A stretch of 35,203 bases of DNA from an uncultured Candidatus Saccharibacteria bacterium (GTDB lineage Bacteria; Patescibacteriota; Doudnabacteria; UBA920), in contig CAZLQG010000003.1 of NCBI GenBank assembly GCA_964561655.1, positions 1-35,203 on the forward strand. The letters are read 5' to 3'. Made by a program: the position numbers and the translations under genes. Positions within the stretch are counted from its first letter, which is position 1, and every line of letters begins with the position of its first letter. Shown here piece after piece: positions 7,683 to 15,399 of this stretch. The notes beneath the pieces are model-generated. The model was not told where the DNA came from. It made no database searches and saw only the letters and a list, made by a program, of their open reading frames with translations.

Positions 7683-8858
7683 ATGAAAGCACTAGTTTTC
7701 GATAAATCAAAATCTGACTGGGAAAGCTCGCGCGGGTTTGATTTGGTAAATATTTCGGAGCCAAGCATCAATGAAAAAGAAAACCCCGGCGATGCTAATT
7801 ATGTCATTATTAAAGTCCACTACGCGGGTATTTGTGGCACAGACCGGGGCATTTGGAATAGGCAAGCTTTTAAGGATGCCATTTTAAATACTATAGACGA
7901 ACAAGTAAAAAATGGCGGTAATCCTTATAGAATCATTGGCCATGAATTTTTTGGCGAAGTGGTAAAAGTGGGCAGTAAGGTAAAAAATGTAAAGCCCGGG
8001 GACTTTGTGAGCCAGGAATCTCATGTTGTTTGCAATAACTGCTATCAGTGCAAGCGGGGAGAAAAGCACGTCTGCACTAACGAGAAAATTTTGGGAATTT
8101 CTCACGACGGAGGTTTTTGCGAATATGCTAAAATCCCTTCGTATATTCTCTGGAAAACGGACACCAGTAAGATTCGTCCCGAGATAGCGGCTATGCAGGA
8201 GCCGTTTGGCAATGCAGTACACGCCGCATCTAAAGTAGACGTTAAAGGAAAAACCGTGGCAATTTTTGGCCTTGGTCCGATTGGCATGTTTTTGACAATG
8301 ATAGTTAAAGGCATGGGTGCGTTAAGCATTATTGGCATAGAACCGAACCCGGTGGCGATTGATATGGCTAAAAAGTTGGGGATTGATTACGTGATTCCAT
8401 TGAAGAAAATAGTACACAGTAAACAGTACTCAGCAAAGCCATATCAACATAATCCCGAAGTAACCGATGAGATTATGAAAATTACTAAAGGAATTGGCGT
8501 GGATGTGAGTTTTGAGATGGCAGGCTTTAATGACTCGGTGAACAATGCCATTGCCGGCGTCCGCCGCGGCGGGGAAGTTATTTTGTTCGGCTTGAAAACC
8601 GGGGATTTCGTGTTTGAAGACTATAATAAGTTGGTAATGAAAGGAATTACTATGTACTGCGTGGCGGGCAGGCGGGTTTGGGATACCTGGAAAATCACAA
8701 AAAAATTGTTTGAAGATACGGGAAATAAAATCCAGGAAAATATGTGGAATGTAATCCTGGACCAGGGCAGAGGGACAATTTTACCGATTTCGGAGTATAC
8801 TAAAGACAGGTTTGAACAAATGATGAGCGAGCACCCAAAATTATTAATACAGTTTTAA
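7683..8858 (+). CDS. tdh: Zn-dependent L-threonine 3-dehydrogenase
   Basis: GICGTD, GHE, ESHVVCNNCYQC..C structural Zn site, EPFGNAVH, GLGPIG; kbl nearby. Confidence 0.88.
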   Translation: MKALVFDKSKSDWESSRGFDLVNISEPSINEKENPGDANYVIIKVHYAGICGTDRGIWNRQAFKDAILNTIDEQVKNGGNPYRIIGHEFFGEVVKVGSKVKNVKPGDFVSQESHVVCNNCYQCKRGEKHVCTNEKILGISHDGGFCEYAKIPSYILWKTDTSKIRPEIAAMQEPFGNAVHAASKVDVKGKTVAIFGLGPIGMFLTMIVKGMGALSIIGIEPNPVAIDMAKKLGIDYVIPLKKIVHSKQYSAKPYQHNPEVTDEIMKITKGIGVDVSFEMAGFNDSVNNAIAGVRRGGEVILFGLKTGDFVFEDYNKLVMKGITMYCVAGRRVWDTWKITKKLFEDTGNKIQENMWNVILDQGRGTILPISEYTKDRFEQMMSEHPKLLIQF

Positions 8859-9436
8859 ATGGCGGGATTACAGAAGTTATCAGATCAAGCCTCTTATGCT
8901 AGTTTGGCATTAAGCAGTGTTTATTATTTGTTTGATTGTGCTAATAAGTATGGAGAAGATGCTATTCTAATTAAGAGTATAAATGAAAAAATACACCAAC
9001 TTTTGAAACTCTCGCAGCTTTTTGTATTGAATTGTTTCTGAAAGTATTGATAGGCTGTGATATTTGTTTAGAAAACAAGAATACAAAAAAGTCCACTGAA
9101 GAGATAATTAAAGATATACAGAAAAAAATGACGGGATATGGGCACGATATAAGAAAGCTTTTTGATGATAATCAATTGTTATGTAAAAAATTACAAATAA
9201 GTGTCGTATCGACGTTCCGAAATCAGTTTATTCATAAATATGAAATTTTGTTTGTAAATAATGACAGAATTGATATTAGAAATTTTGAAGCTATTAGATA
9301 TGGAGCATTTGCAAAAAGTCCAAACTATTCATACGGATCAATCAAAAATAACGACAAGATAGAAGAATTTTTAAATAATCTAAAAAACTATGTGTGGAAA
9401 GTATTTAACTACACAGCAAAAGAATTAAAAAAATAA
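8859..9436 (+). pseudogene. frameshifted AT-rich HEPN-like gene
   Basis: The two ORFs join if one A is added to the A6 run at 8986-8991; second frame reads FETLAAFCIELFLK..GHDIRKLF..IRY. Confidence 0.6.
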
Positions 9437-9440
9437 GCCT

Positions 9441-10628
9441 ATGTTTACCAATATAAAACAACAATTTGAGGAGGAACTAAAGGCTATTAAAGACGCGGGG
9501 ACGTGGAAAGAGGAGTGGGTTATTTCTTCTGTCCAGGGCGCGGAAATAGAGGCGCAAGGAAAAAAGCTTTTGAATTTTTGCGCGAATAATTATCTTGGCC
9601 TCGCATCTTCCAAAGAGTTGGCCGAGGCTGCCATTGAAGGCGTTAAAAAATACGGCTACGGTATGGCCTCTGTTAGGTTTATTTGCGGTACTTCCACGAT
9701 TCATAAAGATTTGGAAAAAGAAGTATCCAAGTTTTTCGGCACGGAAGATGCTATTTTATATACATCCTGTTTTGACGCTAACACCGGACTTTTTGAGACA
9801 GTTTTAACGGACGAAGACGCAATTTTAAGTGACCAGTTGAACCATGCGTCTATCATAGACGGCGTGCGTTTGTGCAAAGCGGAAAGGTACAGGTATGAAC
9901 ATTTAAATATGAAAGACTTGGAAGAGAAGCTTAAAGAAGCTTCGGGCAAACGAAGGAAACTGATAGCTACTGACGGCGTGTTCAGTATGGACGGTGAGAC
10001 AGCCAAAGTTAAAGAAATTTGCGATTTGGCGGAAAAGTACGGCGCAATGGTGATGGTGGACGACAGTCACGGCAGTGGTGTTTTAGGCGAAAACGGCAGA
10101 GGCGCGGTGGAAGGCTTAATGGACAAAGTGGATATTCTAACATCAACTTTTGGAAAAGCTTTGGGCGGTGCGGGCGGCGGGTTTACCGCAGGAAGGAGAG
10201 AAATTATAGATGTTTTAAGGCAAAGATCGCGTACCGCATTATTTTCCAACGCGCTTCCTCCAATGATAGCTTCAGCGGCCTTGTATGTTTTGCAGAATTT
10301 TGATTCATCGCTTTCGCATCTGCGCAAACAATTAGCCAAGAACATGGCCTACTTCAGAGAAAAAATGGAAAAATTAGGCTTTACTTTGGGAGGAGACGGT
10401 AAACATTCAATTACTCCGGTTATGCTTTATGAAGAGCGCGTGGCTACCGAAATGGCCGACAAGCTTTTTGAAAAAGGCATTTACGTAAAAGGTTTTACCT
10501 ATCCGGTGGTGTCTAAAGGCACCGCGCGTATCCGTGTGCAAATATCGGCGGTTCATACAAAAGAGCAGATGGACAAGACAGTAAGAGCGTTTAAAGTAGT
10601 GGGGAAGGAAATGAAGATAATTAATTAA
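9441..10628 (+). CDS. kbl: glycine C-acetyltransferase (2-amino-3-ketobutyrate CoA ligase)
   Basis: [59 protein letters not shown]. Confidence 0.96.
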   Translation: MFTNIKQQFEEELKAIKDAGTWKEEWVISSVQGAEIEAQGKKLLNFCANNYLGLASSKELAEAAIEGVKKYGYGMASVRFICGTSTIHKDLEKEVSKFFGTEDAILYTSCFDANTGLFETVLTDEDAILSDQLNHASIIDGVRLCKAERYRYEHLNMKDLEEKLKEASGKRRKLIATDGVFSMDGETAKVKEICDLAEKYGAMVMVDDSHGSGVLGENGRGAVEGLMDKVDILTSTFGKALGGAGGGFTAGRREIIDVLRQRSRTALFSNALPPMIASAALYVLQNFDSSLSHLRKQLAKNMAYFREKMEKLGFTLGGDGKHSITPVMLYEERVATEMADKLFEKGIYVKGFTYPVVSKGTARIRVQISAVHTKEQMDKTVRAFKVVGKEMKIIN

Positions 10629-10733
10629 GTACCAAGAACCAAATAATAAGTACCAAACAAGCACCAATATTAAAATTGAAAAAAAAATTGAAATTTGGAA
10701 TTTGTTTGGATCTTGGTTTTTGTGATTTGGAAC
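10629..10733. repeat. heptamer-periodic inverted repeat element
   Basis: GTACCAA GAACCAA ATAATAA GTACCAA.. mirrored by TTGGATC TTGGTTT TTGTGAT TTGGAAC. Confidence 0.75.
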
Positions 10734-10743
10734 TCAAAAAGCT

Positions 10744-11718
10744 ATGAAGAATATTGTAATAATCGGCGGGGGGACGGGGACATTTACTTTGCTTTCCGGC
10801 CTTCGCAGGTTTCCTACAAATAATTCAGTCATCGTGTCATCAGCTGATGACGGCGGAAGCACAGGCAGGTTAAGATCCGACCTCGGCGTTTTTCCTCCCG
10901 GGGATTTGCGCCAGTGCCTTTTGGGGCTTTCCTATACGGAAAAAGAAATGCAGGACTTGTTTTCCTACCGTTTTGAAAAAGGCGAGCTTAAAGGGCATAC
11001 GGTGGGCAATATAATCTTGTCGGCTTTAAGCAAAACATTGAGAGGAGTTGAACCGGCAATAAAACAGGTGGCTAAAATGTTGAACGTGCGCGGCGAGGTC
11101 GTGCCGGTGACTTTGTTTCCAACCACACTTTCGGCGACTTTAAAGAATGGAAAAAAGATTATCGGAGAGCATAATATTGATGAACCAAAAGTAAAGTCCA
11201 GGCCCCCCATTAAGAATTTAAAACTTTTACCTTCCGCTCCCGCCAACAGAAGGGCTTTGAGGTCTATAAGAAAGGCGGATGTAATTATTTTAGGCCCCGG
11301 GGACTTATTTACCAGCATTTTGCCGAATTTGCTGGTAAAAGGCGTGGGCCAGGCCATGGCCAAATCAAGAGCCAAAAAAGTTTTAGTGGTTAATTTAATG
11401 ACCAAAAAGGGGCAGACCGATGGTTTTACGGTGGCGGATTTCGTAAACACGGTCAATAGATACTTAGGCAAAGCCAAACTGGGTGCGGTCATCATTAACA
11501 GCAAAAAACCCAATTCCGGCATTTTGGCAAAATATAAAAAAGAGGGGGCGAAGTTTATAGAGCCGGACACCAGCCAGTTAAAACGACTGGGCATTATGGT
11601 TATTTCCAAAGATTTGCTCTCTAAAAACGTGTTCAGTAAAGCAAATGGGGATGCTTTGATGAGAAGTTTTCTTAGGCACGATTCAGATAAATTAGCGAAG
11701 ATTATATATAATTTGTAA
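10744..11718 (+). CDS. yvcK: YvcK/GlmR (UPF0052/CofD-like) UDP-GlcNAc-binding protein
   Basis: IGGGTG, DDGGSTGRLR, PPGDLR, GHTVGN, GPGDLFTSILPNL, RHDSDKLA. Confidence 0.93.
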   Translation: MKNIVIIGGGTGTFTLLSGLRRFPTNNSVIVSSADDGGSTGRLRSDLGVFPPGDLRQCLLGLSYTEKEMQDLFSYRFEKGELKGHTVGNIILSALSKTLRGVEPAIKQVAKMLNVRGEVVPVTLFPTTLSATLKNGKKIIGEHNIDEPKVKSRPPIKNLKLLPSAPANRRALRSIRKADVIILGPGDLFTSILPNLLVKGVGQAMAKSRAKKVLVVNLMTKKGQTDGFTVADFVNTVNRYLGKAKLGAVIINSKKPNSGILAKYKKEGAKFIEPDTSQLKRLGIMVISKDLLSKNVFSKANGDALMRSFLRHDSDKLAKIIYNL

Positions 11719-11730
11719 TTTATAAAGTTT

Positions 11731-11841
11731 TGTCATCCCGACCGAGTTCCGACTTGTCGGGACGAGTGGAGGGAACCCTTGTACGTCCTAAGAACAATAT
11801 TTAAGGGATTCCTCGACTCACTATGTTCGCTCGGAATGACA
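11731..11841. repeat. REP/RPE-like palindromic element (TGTCATCCCGA..TCGGAATGACA)
   Basis: Terminal inverted repeats with inner GAGGGAACCCTT/AAGGGATTCCTC stem; related copy at 13192-13273. Confidence 0.8.
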
Positions 11842-11852
11842 GTGGGGATTTT

Positions 11853-12194
11853 ATGAAAACCAGTATAAAAAAATCTATCAAGCAATCGAAAGCCATAAAG
11901 TTTGAAGTTAAAGATGGCAGAAAAACAATAGGCCGCGCGTATTTGTATATCATTAAAAATGATTTGCACAAAAAGCCTTACGGCCTTTTGGAGGATTTGT
12001 TTGTGGAAGAAGCCTACCGAAAGCAAGGATTGGGAACAAAATTATTGATAAAGGTGATTAGTGAAGCAAAAAAGAGAAAGTTATACAAACTCATTGGCAC
12101 GAGCAGGACTTCTAGAATGAAGGCCCATAAATTTTATGAAAAGTATGGTTTTAAAAAATACGGGTACGAGTTCCGCATGAATTTAACCAAATGA
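11853..12194 (+). CDS. GNAT acetyltransferase, GNA1-like (candidate glucosamine-phosphate N-acetyltransferase)
   Basis: GLLEDLFV..YRKQGLG..LYKLI..FYEKYGF; ATGA overlap with the GlmU-like gene. Confidence 0.8.
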   Translation: MKTSIKKSIKQSKAIKFEVKDGRKTIGRAYLYIIKNDLHKKPYGLLEDLFVEEAYRKQGLGTKLLIKVISEAKKRKLYKLIGTSRTSRMKAHKFYEKYGFKKYGYEFRMNLTK

Positions 12195-12925
12195 AAGATC
12201 AAATTATCATTCTGGCGGCGGGGAAAGGCACCCGCCTAAACCACGAAAGCCTGCCTAAGGTTTTAGTGCTTTTTAGGGGACAGCCTTTAATTAAGCATTT
12301 GCTTTTAAGAATTTCCAAAATCATCCAAAGCACAAAACCAATAGTGGTTGTGGGCTTTATGGCAGAAAAAGTAAAAGCCACGTTGGGAAACAGGTTTGAG
12401 TACGTTTTGCAGGAACCGCAGCTTGGCACCGCGCATGCCGTGCGCGCGGCCAAGGAAAAAATAAAAGCGGAAAACGTTTTGGTTTTGTATGGCGATATGC
12501 CTTTTATTACGGAAGGTAGCTTAAGGAAACTAATCAGAATGCATCACGATGAAAAGGCAAACCTTTCCATGTTCACCGCCACCGTGCCGAATTTTGAAAA
12601 TGAATTTGCAGGCTTGTTGCATTATGGCAGAATAATCCGCAGTTTCAACAAAGAATTTGTTAAAATTACGGAATTTAAAGACGCAAGCGACGCAGAGAAA
12701 AACATTAAAGAACTAAATACCGGAATTTATATGTTTAATTCGCAATGGCTGTGGAAAAACATAAAAAAAATTAAAAATAAAAATGTGCAGAAAGAATATT
12801 ATCTTACTGACATCGTGGAAATTGCCATAGAGCAGAAAGAAAAAATATATTCGCTTGCCATAGATCCCAAAGAGGTGATTGGTATAAACAGCAAGGAAGA
12901 CTTGGAGAGAGTGGAATCCCGTTAG
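12191..12925 (+). CDS. glmU: GlmU-like N-acetylglucosamine-1-phosphate uridylyltransferase, N-terminal domain only
   Basis: ILAAGKGTR, LPKVL, QLGTAHA, YGDMP, YGRI, ELNTGIY, EYYLTD, GIN; ends before the hexapeptide acetyltransferase domain. Confidence 0.88.
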   Translation: MKDQIIILAAGKGTRLNHESLPKVLVLFRGQPLIKHLLLRISKIIQSTKPIVVVGFMAEKVKATLGNRFEYVLQEPQLGTAHAVRAAKEKIKAENVLVLYGDMPFITEGSLRKLIRMHHDEKANLSMFTATVPNFENEFAGLLHYGRIIRSFNKEFVKITEFKDASDAEKNIKELNTGIYMFNSQWLWKNIKKIKNKNVQKEYYLTDIVEIAIEQKEKIYSLAIDPKEVIGINSKEDLERVESR

Positions 12926-12991
12926 AAGTCCAATGTGCTTATAACACTTTGGCAATCCCGACTTTAGGTCGGGGTTTACTTCTAAGGGGAT
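12916..12991. repeat. small inverted-repeat element (CCCGTTAGAA family)
   Basis: ATCCCGTTAGAAGT / ACTTCTAAGGGGAT (1 mismatch); internal CCCGAC-TTTAG-GTCGGG hairpin; supplies the glmU TAG stop. Confidence 0.65.
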
Positions 12992-13038
12992 GTGGATATC
13001 ATACGCCCGCCCCTCTTAAGTAAGAGGGGATTTTTATT

Positions 13039-13080
13039 TTGACAGTATGCTGTATGATATTATATGATAAAGTATGATAA
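13039..13080 (+). promoter_or_regulatory. sigma70 promoter overlapped by three TATGATA repeats
   Basis: TTGACA (13039-13044), 18 nt, TATGAT (13063-13068); TATGATA at 13053, 13063 and 13073. Confidence 0.7.
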
Positions 13081-13191
13081 ATAATCAAAAAAAATCAAAC
13101 CAAGTTAAAAAGTAGGTGCTGGGGCCGTAGATTAAATTTTACGGCCCGGCCACCTGCTTTTGAAACTCGGTGGTAGACGACAGGAACTTAG

Positions 13192-13273
13192 TTGCCATCC
13201 CGACCGTAGTGGAGAGATCTCTATAATTATCAGAAATCGTTAGGAGATCCTTCGTTAATATTTAGGATGACAA
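13192..13273. repeat. second, degenerate REP/RPE-like element
   Basis: TTGCCATCCCGACCG..GGATGACAA ends resemble 11731-11841. Confidence 0.7.
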
Positions 13274-13385
13274 AAATAAATTTTTGTCATCTGCCACTGC
13301 CCTGTTAGTTCAGAGGGGCCAGAGGCAGTTGTACACCCCAAATTCAAGGAGGGGTGATGATTTTAGGGAGACAAGGAGAACCGGA

Positions 13386-14624
13386 ATGGTAGAGTTGGGA
13401 ACTTTCCCGAGAATTGATTCACTTCCGCCATACGTATTGGCGGAGGTAACCAGAGAGAAACAAAAATACCGTCATGATCAGCTAGATATCATCGATTTTG
13501 GAATGGGTATACCTGACGGTCCCACACCTCAAATCGTGGTGGACAAGCTGAAGACGGCGGTTGACGACAAACGCAATCATCGCTATTCACAATCCATAGG
13601 GATCCCCATGTTGCGGGTTGAGATAGCGAAACGCTATCAGGCTCGCTACGGCGTCAGATTGGATCCGGATAGCGAAGCCATCGTCAGCATCGGTGCCAAG
13701 GACGCATTGGCCCACCTGCTAATTGCCGTTCTGAATGCCGGCGATGGCGTGGCGACACATTGCCCTTCATATCCTATCCATATGCAGGGGGTGGTATTTG
13801 CCGGTGGCGTGCCGTTTCTGCTGGAGATGCCGAGTCCAGATGAATTTCTTAATCGGCTTCACGACCTGTACCGGATGTTGGCGTGCAAGCCGCGCATGAT
13901 CCTCATCTCTTTCCCGCACAATCCCACAACCCAATGTGTGGAGTTGGACTTCTTTAAGGAGATAGTCCGGTTGGCGCATCAGCATGGTACCATGGTCGTC
14001 CACGACTTCGCCTACGCGGACCTGGGCTTTGACGGTTACCAACCGCCGAGCATGCTTCAAGTCCCGGGAGCGAAGGAAGTGGGCGTGGAGATTTTCTCTT
14101 TGTCCAAGAGCTTCAACATGTCGGGTTGGCGCGTGGGGTTTTGCATTGGCAACCTGAGGATGGTGGAGGCACTGCGGAAGATCAAGAGTTATTTGGATTA
14201 TGGTGTATTCCAACCTATCCAGATCGCGTCCATCATTGCCATGCGACACTGCGAAGAGGACACCCGGCGCATTTGTGCCACGTACCAGAGGCGGCGGGAT
14301 GTGCTCGTTGAAGGACTCAACTCAATCGGCTGGCCAGTTGATAAGCCTAGGGGAACAATGTTTGTCTGGGCACCGATACCAGAGTCTTTTCAAAATATGG
14401 GCTCACTACAGTTCTCGAAGCTTCTTCTGGAGAAGGCGCTTGTGGCTGTTTCCCCTGGTGTGGGTTTTGGACCGTTTGGTGAAGGGTACGTTCGTTTCGC
14501 GCTGATTGAGAACTTTCATCGCACGAGACAAGCCCTCCACAATCTCAAAACAACCTTCAGAGGCTGGGAAAGCCCGCATCCGCGGCGACGACGAAAGCAA
14601 GCCGCTATCGCAGTCTCCACTTGA
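13386..14624 (+). CDS. alaC: class I/II PLP aminotransferase, AlaC/DapL-like
   Basis: LPPYV, IDFGMG.PD, YPIH, FPHNPT, HDFAY, SLSKSFNMSGWRVGF, KSYLDYG; ATG preceded by AAGGAG. Confidence 0.82.
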   Translation: MVELGTFPRIDSLPPYVLAEVTREKQKYRHDQLDIIDFGMGIPDGPTPQIVVDKLKTAVDDKRNHRYSQSIGIPMLRVEIAKRYQARYGVRLDPDSEAIVSIGAKDALAHLLIAVLNAGDGVATHCPSYPIHMQGVVFAGGVPFLLEMPSPDEFLNRLHDLYRMLACKPRMILISFPHNPTTQCVELDFFKEIVRLAHQHGTMVVHDFAYADLGFDGYQPPSMLQVPGAKEVGVEIFSLSKSFNMSGWRVGFCIGNLRMVEALRKIKSYLDYGVFQPIQIASIIAMRHCEEDTRRICATYQRRRDVLVEGLNSIGWPVDKPRGTMFVWAPIPESFQNMGSLQFSKLLLEKALVAVSPGVGFGPFGEGYVRFALIENFHRTRQALHNLKTTFRGWESPHPRRRRKQAAIAVST

Positions 14625-14637
14625 CCTGTTTACATGT

Positions 14638-14709
14638 GGGGCCGGGCAGTATCCTTGGATTTTTCTTACCGGAGAAATTCTAGGAACTGCCTTGCCCCGT
14701 CAGTTTTTT
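14638..14709 (+). terminator. long hairpin / terminator after alaC
   Basis: GGGGC..GGCAGT..CCT..TTCT / AGAA..AGG.ACTGCC..GCCCC followed by T6. Confidence 0.65.
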
Positions 14710-14733
14710 AAAATGTGACTGTGCAGAACTGTT

Positions 14734-14790
14734 TTGACATATAACTTTATATTTGTTTTAATATAGTAAAGTATTACGATATCATACTTT
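14734..14790 (+). promoter_or_regulatory. sigma70 promoter with downstream palindromic operator
   Basis: TTGACA (14734-14739), 17 nt, TTTAAT; AAAGTATTACGATATCATACTTT at 14768-14790. Confidence 0.65.
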
Positions 14791-14920
14791 TTTATAAAAG
14801 ACTGTTCTTCGCAAAATTAGCCTAAAAAATTTTAGACTAATTTTGCGGGGAGGAAGCCTTTCTTCCCCCAAAAAGGCGGGCGAGTGCCCGCCATCACACT
14901 AGACAACAGAGGTAAGAGAG

Positions 14921-15124
14921 ATGCAAGCACAAGCGCCCCCAGATGGGGCTAGTGTGACTCCCACCGCCAGCGAGGCGGTGGATGGACCGGCCGCGGAGAC
15001 GCGGCCAAGACAAGAAGCAGGAGGGATCAAGATTCCGGTTATCAACTGGCGTCTCGTCCAGAAGTGTCCGGTCGATTTCCCGGATGGCGTAATGCGCGTG
15101 GGAGGTGTGCAGGCGCCAGCGTAG
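14921..15124 (+). CDS. 67-aa hypothetical protein (or part of a structured RNA)
   Basis: AGAGGT SD 7 nt upstream, own promoter, flanking hairpins; no recognisable domain. Confidence 0.5.
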   Translation: MQAQAPPDGASVTPTASEAVDGPAAETRPRQEAGGIKIPVINWRLVQKCPVDFPDGVMRVGGVQAPA

Positions 15125-15399
15125 GGTGATACTCGAGGTCATCCTAAGCATCGGGCCTCCTAAGGGCCCGTCTTCTTAGGCGCATCAAGCGCCTCTCGCT
15201 ACACAAGCCGGAATTACCAACGTAGTTCGTGTAGTTTGCAACGAATGCCCGCTTTGCGTTGCAGTCACACAGGTGATTCCGGCTTCACCTTTTAAATTCA
15301 GGAAAAATATGATATCATCACACTTGTGAGGTTTTAGTATCCCCTCCTAATTTTCCCTTAAAGTAAGGGGAGGTAGGGTAGGGATATTAATATCGTTAA

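Noticed and set aside
13284-13385. Longer N-termini from the ORF track (also 4149, 4867, 6838, 11823, 19457, 25225)
   Set aside because: These extensions overlap upstream genes or repeat elements; family-conserved sequence begins at the downstream ATGs
14800-15295. RNase P RNA, tmRNA or SRP RNA
   Set aside because: GAGGAAG and TCCGGCTT are only superficial matches; no GAGGAAAGTCC, no tRNA-like ends and no SRP loop motif
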